From Pseudomonas fluorescens (GTDB taxonomy: Bacteria > Pseudomonadota > Gammaproteobacteria > Pseudomonadales > Pseudomonadaceae): DNA of 40,000 nucleotides. The stretch's first letter is position 1; each line of letters begins with the position of its first letter. The DNA lies in NCBI RefSeq assembly GCF_001902145.1, contig NZ_MRST01000026.1:524095-564094 (forward strand). Direction: 5' to 3'. Of this stretch, positions 9,603 through 18,664 are shown piece after piece. A program made the translations under genes and the position numbers. The notes beneath the pieces were generated by a model. It did not search any database and was not told the origin of the DNA. It saw only the letters and a program-made list of their open reading frames with translations.

Positions 9603-9646
9603 CTAAACGGCGTATCACCTATAAAACAGACCAGAGTACCTTCCTG

Positions 9647-10498
9647 ATGGCTGTGAAAGAGATGTACGCCGTGACGCCCCAATGGAATACGCCCGCACTT
9701 AAGGAAGAGCTGGAGCCGACTGAAATTGAATTCCGTAATGTCGGTAAATGTTTCCCAGCCAAAGGTAAAACAGAAGCGCCCTTTGCCATTCGCGATGTGA
9801 ACTTCAAGATCCGTCGCGGCGAGGTCGTGTCGATCATCGGTCCGTCTGGTTGTGGCAAGAGCACCATCCTCAATATGGGTTCTGGCCTGTATCGGCCCAC
9901 TGAAGGAGAAGTCTTCGTGGGCGGCGAGCCGGTGACCGGGCCCGTGCCGCAAGTCGCGTTCATGCTGCAAAAAGATTTGCTGATGCCCTGGCGCAGCATT
10001 CGCCGCAACGTCGAACTGGGCCTGGAGATTCAAGGCGTGCCCAGCGCGACCCGGCAGAAGGTGGCCCTGGACTTGCTCGACCGTTGCCACCTCAATGGCT
10101 TCGCCGACCACTACCCGTTCCAGCTCTCTGGCGGCATGCGCCAACGCGCCGCCCTGGCACGCACCCTGGCCATCGACCCCCAGGTGTTGTTCCTTGATGA
10201 GCCGTTTTCCGCCCTCGACGCCCAGACCAAGATGATCCTGCAGCAGGACATGGCCCGGATGCTGTTCGATGAAAAGAAGACCGCGCTGTTCATCACCCAC
10301 GACCTGATCGAGGGCATCGCCATGTCCGACCGGTTGCTGGTCATGAGCGCCCGCCCCGGCACCATCATCGAAGAAATCAGCATCGACCTGCCGTTTCGCG
10401 ACAACCCGCTGGAGCGTCGCAAGCTACCGGAGATCGGCCCACTGGTCGGTCGCCTGATGGAGCTGCTGCACGTCGGCGCCGACACCGAACTGCACTGA
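9647..10498 (+). CDS. ABC transporter ATP-binding protein (NitT/TauT-like family)
   Basis: Walker A GPSGCGKST, signature LSGGMRQRAALAR and Walker B LFLDEPFSALD. The 283-aa size is typical of the nitrate/sulfonate/taurine-family ATPases. Confidence 0.9.
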   Translation: MAVKEMYAVTPQWNTPALKEELEPTEIEFRNVGKCFPAKGKTEAPFAIRDVNFKIRRGEVVSIIGPSGCGKSTILNMGSGLYRPTEGEVFVGGEPVTGPVPQVAFMLQKDLLMPWRSIRRNVELGLEIQGVPSATRQKVALDLLDRCHLNGFADHYPFQLSGGMRQRAALARTLAIDPQVLFLDEPFSALDAQTKMILQQDMARMLFDEKKTALFITHDLIEGIAMSDRLLVMSARPGTIIEEISIDLPFRDNPLERRKLPEIGPLVGRLMELLHVGADTELH

Positions 10499-10537
10499 TT
10501 ACCGCGCTTGCGGCCCCCAACCGATTCAGGAGTTCCC

Positions 10538-11530
10538 ATGCTCAAGTCTCTGTTCCAACGTTTTTGCGCGCTCAGCCTTGGCCTGGGCCTGGCCTGCGCG
10601 GCCCAGGCGCAGCCGACCGACGTCACGTACCTGCTGCCGGCCCCGCCTAACTTGCCAGCCTTTGCACCGTGGATCATCGCCAAGGAAAAAGGCTATTACG
10701 CGGCCCAGGACCTGAACCTCACGTTCATTGCCGCCAAGGGCGGTGTGGATGTGGCCAAGCAGATCGGCGCCGGCAATGCCCTGCTCGGGGGTGCCATCGG
10801 CGACACACCGATCATGGTGCGCGGCAACGGCATCCCGGTGCGCGCCGTGGCGGTGCTGGGCGCGGGCGGCGTGACCATGATCGCCACCCATTCCAAGGAC
10901 AACATCAATAACGTCAGCGACCTCAAGGGCAAGACCATGACGGTGATGTCGTATTCCGATACCACCTACTACGCGCTGCTCGCTTCGTTGCGCAAAGCCG
11001 GCCTTGGCAAGAACGACGTAGACATCCAGGCCGCAGGGCCTGCCGGAGTCTGGCAGTTGTTTACAGCCAACAAGGCCCAGGCCATGGCCGGCGTGCCCGA
11101 TTGGATGGTCACCGCCGAAGAAGCCGGCGCGCAGATCAAGCTGATTCCCCAAGCGCAGATTTTCGAAAGCATGGCCCAGGCCATCCTCGCCTCGGATGAT
11201 GCCATCAAAAACCACCCCGACGTGGTGCGCGGCGTGGTCCAGGCCACCCTCAAAGGCATGCACGACATTATCCAGGACCCGCGCGCCGCCGCCGTCACCT
11301 TTGCCAAGGCGGTCCCGACCTACGCCGGCAAGGAAGACTCGCTGGAGAAGATCTTCAAGCTCTATGTCGAGCACGTCTACGCCAACCAGCCTGTGCTGGG
11401 GCACATCGACCCCGAGCGCCTGGACAAGGTCCGCCAGTTCTACGTGAGCGAAGGCATCGTCCCCCGGGAAACCCCGCTGGATGAGCTGTTCACCAACCAA
11501 TTCGTCGACAGCCCGGTCGCCGCGCAATAA
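10538..11530 (+). CDS. ABC transporter periplasmic substrate-binding protein (SsuA/NMT1-like)
   Basis: ATG at 10538 gives MLKSLFQRFCALSLGLGLACAAQA, a signal peptide. The mature part resembles NMT1/THI5-like or SsuA-like binding proteins, and the gene sits between the ATPase and the permease. Confidence 0.8.
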   Translation: MLKSLFQRFCALSLGLGLACAAQAQPTDVTYLLPAPPNLPAFAPWIIAKEKGYYAAQDLNLTFIAAKGGVDVAKQIGAGNALLGGAIGDTPIMVRGNGIPVRAVAVLGAGGVTMIATHSKDNINNVSDLKGKTMTVMSYSDTTYYALLASLRKAGLGKNDVDIQAAGPAGVWQLFTANKAQAMAGVPDWMVTAEEAGAQIKLIPQAQIFESMAQAILASDDAIKNHPDVVRGVVQATLKGMHDIIQDPRAAAVTFAKAVPTYAGKEDSLEKIFKLYVEHVYANQPVLGHIDPERLDKVRQFYVSEGIVPRETPLDELFTNQFVDSPVAAQ

Positions 11531-11557
11531 CGCACCGGACAACAAGGTACGCATACG

Positions 11558-12334
11558 ATGAAAAACCTGAACCCCTCCGTGCTCGGTAGCGTGGCGCTGC
11601 TGATCCTGTTCCTGGCGCTCTGGCAGTGGGGCCCCGAGCTGCTCGGCATGCCCGAATTCGTCATGCCCAAACTCAGCCGCGTGGCCCAGGAAAGCCTGGT
11701 GATGTGGCACAGCGGCGGCCTGTTGCAACACACCCTGATCACCGCCATGGAAATTGTCGTCGGTTTCGCCCTGGGCGCCTTGCTGGGCGTGATGATAGGT
11801 GTGTCCCTGGGCCTGTCGCCCGCGGCTGAAGCGATGCTGTCGCCCTATATCCTTGCGTTGCAGATCGCACCGAAAGTTGCCTTTGCGCCACTGTTCGTGA
11901 TGTGGCTGGGCTACACCATCTACCCGAAGATTCTGATCGCGATCCTGATCGTGTTTTTCCCGGTGATGATCAACGTGCTCTCGGCGATCCGCACGGTCGA
12001 CCCGGACATGATCAACCTGGTGCGCACCATGAACGCCAGCCGCTGGCAGATCTTCCGCCTGGTGGAATTTCCTTCAGCCATGGCCGCGCTGTTTTCCGGC
12101 CTGCGCATCGCCTCGACCCTGGCCGTGATCGGCGTCACCGTCGGTGAACTGGTCGGCGGCAACCAGGGCCTGGGCTTCCTGTTGGTGGACGCCGAGGGCC
12201 AAGGCAACACGGCCGGTGTATTCGTCGCCATCGTCATGCTCACCCTGATTGGGGTGGTCGCCTACGGCGCCGTGGTGTGGGCGGAAAAACGCGTCCTGCA
12301 CTACATGCCCAAAGCCATGTTGAGCACGCAATGA
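11558..12334 (+). CDS. ABC transporter permease (BPD/MetI-like)
   Basis: 258 aa and polytopic. It has the EAA-like loop ...NLVRTMNASRWQIFRLVEFPSAMAALFSGLRIA..., typical of TauC/SsuC-type permeases. Confidence 0.9.
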   Translation: MKNLNPSVLGSVALLILFLALWQWGPELLGMPEFVMPKLSRVAQESLVMWHSGGLLQHTLITAMEIVVGFALGALLGVMIGVSLGLSPAAEAMLSPYILALQIAPKVAFAPLFVMWLGYTIYPKILIAILIVFFPVMINVLSAIRTVDPDMINLVRTMNASRWQIFRLVEFPSAMAALFSGLRIASTLAVIGVTVGELVGGNQGLGFLLVDAEGQGNTAGVFVAIVMLTLIGVVAYGAVVWAEKRVLHYMPKAMLSTQ

Positions 12335-13098
12335 TGAACGACCGGAATCGTTTGCTCGAAGGTCGTCGCGTGCTGGTAACCGGCGGCGCCCGTGGCCTGG
12401 GTTATGGGTTCGCCCAGGCCATCGGCCAGGCCGGTGCGCGCGTGGTGATTGCCGATGTGCTGGAAGAACGCGTGCAACAGGCGGCCTGTGAACTGCAGGC
12501 CCTGGGACTGGACGTGCAGGCAGTCACTGTCGACCTGGCCCAGCCGGCGTCGATCCAGGCGTGCATCAGCGCGACACTCGATTTGCTGGGCGGCCTCGAT
12601 GGCCTGGTGAACAACGCCTCCATCACCAACTCCGGCGGCAAAGGCTGCGAAGACCTGAGCATCGACACCTGGGATCAGGTGATGCAAGTCAACGTACGCG
12701 GCACCTGGCTGATGACCACCGCCTGCCTGCCAGCGCTGCGTGCCAGCGGCCACGGCGCCATCGTCAACCTGGCCTCCGACACCCCCCTGTGGGGCGCGCC
12801 GAACCTGTTGGCCTATGTCGCCAGCAAGGGCGCAATCATCGCCATGACCCGCAGCCTGGCCCGCGAGCTGGGCGCCGACAACATCACGGTCAACGCCATC
12901 GCCCCTGGCCTGGTGCTGGTGGAAGCCACCGCCTACGTGCCCGAGGCACGCCACCGTTTGTACAACGACCAGCGGGCGATTCAGCGCCCGCAATTGCCCG
13001 AAGACGTCAGCGGCGCCGTGTTGTTCGCGCTGTCCGACCTTGCCCGCTTCATCACTGGACAAACCCTGCCGGTCAACGGCGGGTTCGTCATGCCTTGA
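12331..13098 (+). CDS. SDR-family oxidoreductase
   Basis: TGGARGLG (TGxxxGxG), NNAS, and the Y...K catalytic pair (YVASKGA). The start ATGATG overlaps the permease stop (12331/12334). Confidence 0.9.
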   Translation: MMNDRNRLLEGRRVLVTGGARGLGYGFAQAIGQAGARVVIADVLEERVQQAACELQALGLDVQAVTVDLAQPASIQACISATLDLLGGLDGLVNNASITNSGGKGCEDLSIDTWDQVMQVNVRGTWLMTTACLPALRASGHGAIVNLASDTPLWGAPNLLAYVASKGAIIAMTRSLARELGADNITVNAIAPGLVLVEATAYVPEARHRLYNDQRAIQRPQLPEDVSGAVLFALSDLARFITGQTLPVNGGFVMP

Positions 13099-13111
13099 TC
13101 TGGAGACTGTC

Positions 13112-13651
13112 ATGACTGATCTATCTGCCCAAAACGACACCCCGAAAAGCTGGGACCGGCCGGCCGGTGCCAGCCTGGAAAGCTGGATGAACACCCGTAT
13201 CGCGCGTTACGAAACGCGCAAGTACGACTGGGATGCGCTGAAGTTCCAGGCCGACTACGACCCCAAGTTCCGCCGTGCACAAATGCGCTACATCGGCACC
13301 GGTGGCACCGGTATCAGCACCGACATGAACACCATCCCGTCGGAGCATTTCACTTTCTCCACCATGGTGATCCCGGCCGGCCACGAAGGCCCGCCGCACC
13401 TGCACATTGACGTCGAAGAAGTGTTCTTCGTGCTGCGCGGCAAGCTCAAAGTGGTGCTGGAAAAAGACGGCGAGCGCTTCGAGACCATCCTTACCGACCG
13501 CGACGTGATTTCCGTACCGCCGGGCGTGTACCGCGAAGAGATCAACATCGGCGATGAAGATGCGTTGATGTGCGTGATGCTCGGTGCGAAAAAACCCATC
13601 ACCCCGACCTATCCGCCAGAGCACCCTCTGGCTTCGATCAAGCGCGGATAA
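13112..13651 (+). CDS. Cupin-domain protein
   Basis: ATG at 13112. The cupin metal motif is PAGHEGPPHLHIDVEEVFFVLRG, followed by ...VPPGVYR.... Confidence 0.8.
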   Translation: MTDLSAQNDTPKSWDRPAGASLESWMNTRIARYETRKYDWDALKFQADYDPKFRRAQMRYIGTGGTGISTDMNTIPSEHFTFSTMVIPAGHEGPPHLHIDVEEVFFVLRGKLKVVLEKDGERFETILTDRDVISVPPGVYREEINIGDEDALMCVMLGAKKPITPTYPPEHPLASIKRG

Positions 13652-13655
13652 GCCC

Positions 13656-14534
13656 ATGCTGCCAGGACTCTCTCAAGCCGCGCCGACGGCCGACCTGCAA
13701 GCCCAGCTGGAGCGTGATTTTCCCCAACGCCTGGTGGCCTCGGCCGGTGGTCAGCAGGCGTTGCGCGAATGTGGCGCGGGGCCGGTGGTGGTGTTGCTGC
13801 ACGGTATCGGCTCCGGCGCGGCGTCCTGGCTGCAGGTGGCTCGGCAACTGGCCTCTCAGGCCCGGGTCATCGCCTGGGAGGCACCCGGCTACGGCGATTC
13901 CAGCCCGCTGGAGTCGGATGCGCCCAAGGCTGAGCAGTACGCAGCCCGCCTGGCGCAGATGCTGGATGCACTGGGTGTCGAGGAATGTGTGCTGGTCGGC
14001 CATTCCCTTGGCGCCCTCACCGCCCTGGCGTTCGCCCGCAGTTCACAGGCCCATCGCGTCAACCGGCTGGTGCTGATCAGCCCGGCGCGCGGCTATGGCG
14101 CACCACCGCTTGGTCAACAGCGCCAACAGGTGCGTCAGCAACGCCTGGACAACCTGCAACGCCTGGGCATCGCCGGCCTGGCCGAACAACGCAGCGCCCA
14201 CATGTTGTCGCCCCGTGCCACGCCCCAGGCCCTGGCTTGGGTGCGTTGGAACATGGCGCGCCTGAACCCCGGTGGTTATCGCCAGGCCATTGAATTGCTG
14301 TGCGGCGATGACCTGCTGCGCCATGGCCAACCGGCCATGCCCTGCGAGGTGCATTGCGGTGAAGCCGACAGCATCACCCCCGCCGAGGCCTGCCTGAGCG
14401 TGGCCAAGGCGCTGGGCGCCAGCTTCAACCTGATTGCCGATGCCGGCCACGCCAGCCCCATCGAACAACCGCAAGTGGTGGCCGGGCGCCTGGCCTATGC
14501 CCTCCAACAATCCCTGACAGGTAGAACCCAATGA
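13656..14534 (+). CDS. Alpha/beta-fold hydrolase
   Basis: ATG at 13656. HG-motif VVLLHGIGSGAASW, nucleophile elbow VGHSLGAL, and a C-terminal DAGH. Confidence 0.85.
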   Translation: MLPGLSQAAPTADLQAQLERDFPQRLVASAGGQQALRECGAGPVVVLLHGIGSGAASWLQVARQLASQARVIAWEAPGYGDSSPLESDAPKAEQYAARLAQMLDALGVEECVLVGHSLGALTALAFARSSQAHRVNRLVLISPARGYGAPPLGQQRQQVRQQRLDNLQRLGIAGLAEQRSAHMLSPRATPQALAWVRWNMARLNPGGYRQAIELLCGDDLLRHGQPAMPCEVHCGEADSITPAEACLSVAKALGASFNLIADAGHASPIEQPQVVAGRLAYALQQSLTGRTQ

Positions 14535-15364
14535 ACGATTCCGATCTGCTCAAAGACGCTCAGGACAAATACATCGTTCCAGGCCTGGAGCGTGGCCTGC
14601 TCCTGCTCTGTGAGTTCAGCCGGCGCAACCGCACCCTGACCGCGCCGGAGCTGGCACGCCGGTTGGCACTGCCCCGCTCGACCATCTTCCGCCTGCTGAC
14701 CACCCTGGAGACCATGGGTTTCGTCACCCGCAGCGGCAATGAATACCGCCTCGGCATGTCCGTGCTGCGCCTGGGCTTCGAATACCTGGCGTCGCTGGAG
14801 CTGACCGAGCTTGGCCAGCCGTTGCTGGCGCGCTTGTGCGACCGGGTCAACTACCCGAGCAACCTGGTGGTGCGTGACGGTCGCTCGATTGTCTACGTGG
14901 CCAAGGTTTCACCGCCTTCGGTGTTCTCCAACGCCGTCAACGTCGGCACCCGCCTGCCCGCCCATGCCACCGTGCTGGGGCGCATCCTGCTCGAAGACCT
15001 GTCGCTGGCCGAGTTGCGCGAGTTGTACCCCGAAGAGCACCTGGAACAACACTCGCCCTGCACGCCGAAAACCGTGATGGCGCTGTTCGACCTGGTCCAG
15101 GCCGACCGCCAGCGCGGGTTTGTCAGCGGCGAGGGCTTTTTCGAGTCGGCGATTTCCACGGTGGCCGCGCCGGTGCGTGACCAGAGCGGCGGCATCGTCG
15201 CGGCCCTGGGCGTGACCATCCCCACGGCGCAGATCGGTCACGTCAACTTTGAAGAACTCTTGAATCAGGTACGCCGCAGCGCTGATGAGCTGTCGCGACT
15301 GCTCAACTACAACGGCGGCGCCCATAACGGGCAGCCCCGCGTCACCGCCTTGATGAGAGACTGA
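14531..15364 (+). CDS. IclR-family transcriptional regulator
   Basis: N-terminal wHTH (LTAPELARRLALPRSTIFRLLTTLETMGFV) plus a C-terminal IclR effector domain. The ATGA overlaps the preceding stop. Confidence 0.9.
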   Translation: MNDSDLLKDAQDKYIVPGLERGLLLLCEFSRRNRTLTAPELARRLALPRSTIFRLLTTLETMGFVTRSGNEYRLGMSVLRLGFEYLASLELTELGQPLLARLCDRVNYPSNLVVRDGRSIVYVAKVSPPSVFSNAVNVGTRLPAHATVLGRILLEDLSLAELRELYPEEHLEQHSPCTPKTVMALFDLVQADRQRGFVSGEGFFESAISTVAAPVRDQSGGIVAALGVTIPTAQIGHVNFEELLNQVRRSADELSRLLNYNGGAHNGQPRVTALMRD

Positions 15365-15365
15365 C

Positions 15366-16163
15366 ATGAGCCTTTACCAATTGCAGGGCCGCGTCGCCAT
15401 TGTCACCGGTGGTTCTTCGGGTATCGGCCTGGCCTGTGTCGAACTGCTGCTGGAAGCCGGTGCGGCAGTGGCCTTCTGCGGTCGTGACGAAGAGCGCCTG
15501 CGCCGTGCTGAAGCCGGTTTGCGCGAGCGTTTCCCAAGTGCTCGCCTGTTGGCCCAGGCCTGCGATGTGCTCGATGCCGAGTCGGTCAACGCGTTTGCCG
15601 GCGCCAGCCTGGCTGCGCTGGGGGCGGCCAGCGTGCTGATCAACAACGCCGGGCAAGGCCGGGTCTCGACCTTTGCCGACACCACCGACAGCGCCTGGAC
15701 CGAAGAGCTGAACCTGAAGTTTTTCTCGGTGATCAACCCTGTGCGCGCCTTCAAGCCTCAGCTGGAAAACCAGCCTGACGCGGCCATCGTCTGCGTCAAT
15801 TCGCTGCTGGCCAGCCAGCCCGAACCGCACATGGTCGCCACCTCCGCCGCACGCGCCGGGCTCAAGAACCTGGTGCGTTCAATGGCCACTGAATTCGCCC
15901 CGCAGGGCATCCGCGTCAACGGCATCCTGATTGGCCTGGTGGAGTCCGGGCAATGGCGCAGGCGTTTCGAAGCGCGCGAAGAACGCGACCTCGGCTGGGC
16001 GCAGTGGACCGCACGCCTGGCACAACAAAAACACATTCCCTTGGGGCGCCTGGGCCTGCCGATTGAAGCGGCCCGCGCGATCCTGTTTCTGGCCTCGCCT
16101 CTGTCGGCTTACACCACAGGCAGCCATATCGATGTATCCGGAGGCCTGTCCCGCCATGCGTAA
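15366..16163 (+). CDS. SDR-family oxidoreductase
   Basis: TGGSSGIG, NNAG, and a classical SDR layout of about 265 aa. Confidence 0.9.
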   Translation: MSLYQLQGRVAIVTGGSSGIGLACVELLLEAGAAVAFCGRDEERLRRAEAGLRERFPSARLLAQACDVLDAESVNAFAGASLAALGAASVLINNAGQGRVSTFADTTDSAWTEELNLKFFSVINPVRAFKPQLENQPDAAIVCVNSLLASQPEPHMVATSAARAGLKNLVRSMATEFAPQGIRVNGILIGLVESGQWRRRFEAREERDLGWAQWTARLAQQKHIPLGRLGLPIEAARAILFLASPLSAYTTGSHIDVSGGLSRHA

Positions 16164-17841
16164 TGAAAACAACACTGTCACCGTGGGCGCTGCCATCACC
16201 GCCTTTCTCGAGCAATGCGACGTCAAGGCTGTGTTCGGCGTGATCTCGATCCACAACATGCCGATCCTCGATGCCTTTGCGGTACGCGGCAATATCCGTT
16301 TCGTCATGGCCCGGGGTGAAGCCGGCGCCGCCAACATGGCCGACGCCTACGCCCGCACCACCGGCGGCCTGGGTGTGTGCCTGACCTCCACCGGCACCGC
16401 TGCTGGCAATGCCGCGGGTGCGATGGTCGAAGCCCAGACCGCCGGCACCCCGCTGCTGCACATCACCGGCCAAATCGAAACGCCGTACCTGGACCAGGAA
16501 CTGGCTTACATCCATGAAGCCCGCGACCAGCTGAACATGCTCAAGGCGGTGTCCAAGGCCGCCTTTCGCGTACGCAGTGTCGAGACCGCCCTGAGCACCA
16601 TGAAGCTCGCGGTGCAGACCGCCCTGACCGCGCCCACCGGGCCGGTGAGCGTTGAAATCCCCATCGACATCCAGTCCACCTTTATCCCGATGCCGACCGA
16701 CCTGTCGCCCCTGCCGATCCCGGTGGCCGTGCCTGCACCGGAAGCCCTCGACCTGATGGCCGACCGCCTGGCCAGCGCCAAGCGGCCGATGCTCTGGCTC
16801 GGCGGCGGCGCCCGGCATGCCGGCGCACAGGTCAAGCGCCTGCTAACGATGGGCGTGGGCGTGATCACCTCCACGCAAGGTCGCGGCGTGGTCAATGAAG
16901 ACGACGAGCGTTGCCTGGGGGCTTTTTCGCAGAACAAGCGGGTCGAACAGTTCCTGCAAACCTGCGATGCACTGCTGATCGCCGGCTCGCGCCTGCGCAG
17001 TAACGAAACCTTCAAGTACGCCCTGAAACTGCCTTCGAACCTCTTGCGTATCGACGCCAACCCGGCGATCGAAGGTCGCAGTTACGCCAGCGAACTGTTT
17101 GTCTGCGGCGACGCGGCGCTGGCGCTCGAAGGCCTGGCTGATCGCCTGGAAGGTCGCTTGCACACCGACCCGAGCTTTCTCGCTGAACTCAAAGCCGTGC
17201 GCGAACAATCACGTAGCCAACTGATGGCCGACCTCGGGCCGTACTCGGCCATGGTCGAACAATTGCAGGCAGTGACCGGGCGCAACTTCTCCTGGGTACG
17301 CGATGTGACCCTGTCCAACAGCATCTGGGGCAACCGCCTGCTGACCCTGTATCACCCACGTGCGGGTGTTCATGCCTTGGGCGGCGGAATTGGTCAGGGG
17401 TTGGCCATGGGCATCGGCGCAGCGGTCGCCGCAGCGGAAACGGCGCCTGAGCGCAAAGTGTTCGCAATCGCAGGTGACGGCGGCTTCATCCTCAACCTGG
17501 GTGAGCTGGCGACCCTGGTGCAGGAGCGCGCCAACCTGGTGATCCTGCTGATGAACGACCAGCGCTACGGGGTGATTCGCAATATTCAGGATGCGGTCTA
17601 CGGCAGCCGCCATTGCTACGTCGACCTGCACACCCCGGACTACACCAGGCTTGCCGAGTCCCTGGGCCTGCGCCATGGCCTGGTCACCGACCTCAAGGAC
17701 TTCGGCACGGTGGTCGACAGCGCCCTGAGCCAGCCGGGCCCGTTCCTGCTGGAAGTAGACATGCTCAGCGTCGGCAACTTCGCCACCCAGTTTGCCGGGC
17801 CGCCCAACAGTGAAACCAAAGCCCAGAAGGCCACCGCCTGA
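16156..17841 (+). CDS. Thiamine-diphosphate-dependent enzyme (acetolactate synthase large subunit / decarboxylase-like)
   Basis: The in-frame ATG at 16156 (MRNENNTVTVGAAITAFLEQCDVKAVFGV...) overlaps the upstream stop by 8 nt. The TPP-binding motif is IAGDGGF...LLMNDQRYG. The longer ORF from 15931 overlaps the SDR gene and is rejected. Confidence 0.9.
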   Translation: MRNENNTVTVGAAITAFLEQCDVKAVFGVISIHNMPILDAFAVRGNIRFVMARGEAGAANMADAYARTTGGLGVCLTSTGTAAGNAAGAMVEAQTAGTPLLHITGQIETPYLDQELAYIHEARDQLNMLKAVSKAAFRVRSVETALSTMKLAVQTALTAPTGPVSVEIPIDIQSTFIPMPTDLSPLPIPVAVPAPEALDLMADRLASAKRPMLWLGGGARHAGAQVKRLLTMGVGVITSTQGRGVVNEDDERCLGAFSQNKRVEQFLQTCDALLIAGSRLRSNETFKYALKLPSNLLRIDANPAIEGRSYASELFVCGDAALALEGLADRLEGRLHTDPSFLAELKAVREQSRSQLMADLGPYSAMVEQLQAVTGRNFSWVRDVTLSNSIWGNRLLTLYHPRAGVHALGGGIGQGLAMGIGAAVAAAETAPERKVFAIAGDGGFILNLGELATLVQERANLVILLMNDQRYGVIRNIQDAVYGSRHCYVDLHTPDYTRLAESLGLRHGLVTDLKDFGTVVDSALSQPGPFLLEVDMLSVGNFATQFAGPPNSETKAQKATA

Positions 17842-17851
17842 GGATCGCACC

Positions 17852-18655
17852 ATGCTGCATATCACCATGATCGGCTGCGGCGCCATTGGCGTCGGTGTGC
17901 TGGAGCTGCTGGAGAATGATCCACAGCTGTGCGTGGATTACGTCATCGCGTCCCAGGGTTCCGAAGCCTTGGTACGCCAGCGCCTGGCCAGTTTCAAGCA
18001 ACCGCCGCAGGTGCTGACCGCCTTGCCCGCCGATGCCCGCCCGGATCTGCTGGTGGAGTGCGCCGGCCATCGCGCCATTGAAGAACATGTGCTGCCGGCG
18101 CTGGAGCGTGGCATTGCCTGCCTGATTGTGTCGGTGGGCGCATTGTCCGAAGTCGGCCTGGTGGAGCGCCTGGAGGCCGCCGCCGAGCGCGGCAAGACCC
18201 GCATCGAGTTGCTACCCGGCGCCATCGGCGGCATCGATGCGCTGTCGGCGGCCAAGGTCGGCGGGCTGGACGCGGTCAACTACACCGGCCGCAAACCCGC
18301 CCGCGCCTGGAAGAACACGCCCGGCGAACAAGCCTGTGACCTGGACACCATTCAGGAAGCCACAGTGATCTTCCAGGGCAACGCCCGCGAAGCCGCGCGG
18401 CTGTACCCCAAGAACGCCAACGTCGCCGCCACTCTGTCGCTGGCCGGACTGGGCCTGGACCGCACCCATGTGACGTTGATCGCCGATCCCCACAGCGATG
18501 AAAACGTCCACCACTTCGAAGCCCGGGGCGCCTTTGGCCGTTTCGAGTTGAGCCTGCGCGGCAAGCCCTTGCTGGCCAACCCGAAGACCTCGGCGCTGAC
18601 CGTGTACAGCGTGGTCCGTGCCTTGGGCAACCATGCCCACGCGATTTCCATTTAG
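17852..18655 (+). CDS. L-aspartate dehydrogenase-family protein (NadX-like)
   Basis: MLHITMIGCGAIGVGV (Rossmann), ...ECAGH.A......LE.G....VSVGAL.., and GAIGG.DAL.AA...GL..V.YTGRKP..AW are typical of the aspartate dehydrogenase family. Confidence 0.85.
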   Translation: MLHITMIGCGAIGVGVLELLENDPQLCVDYVIASQGSEALVRQRLASFKQPPQVLTALPADARPDLLVECAGHRAIEEHVLPALERGIACLIVSVGALSEVGLVERLEAAAERGKTRIELLPGAIGGIDALSAAKVGGLDAVNYTGRKPARAWKNTPGEQACDLDTIQEATVIFQGNAREAARLYPKNANVAATLSLAGLGLDRTHVTLIADPHSDENVHHFEARGAFGRFELSLRGKPLLANPKTSALTVYSVVRALGNHAHAISI

Positions 18656-18664
18656 GAGCCGTCG

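Noticed and set aside
15931-16155. N-terminal extension of the TPP-enzyme ORF (636 aa in the track)
   Set aside because: The extension overlaps the 3' end of the SDR gene in another frame and translates to a non-protein-like sequence. The ATG at 16156 gives a typical TPP-enzyme N-terminus.
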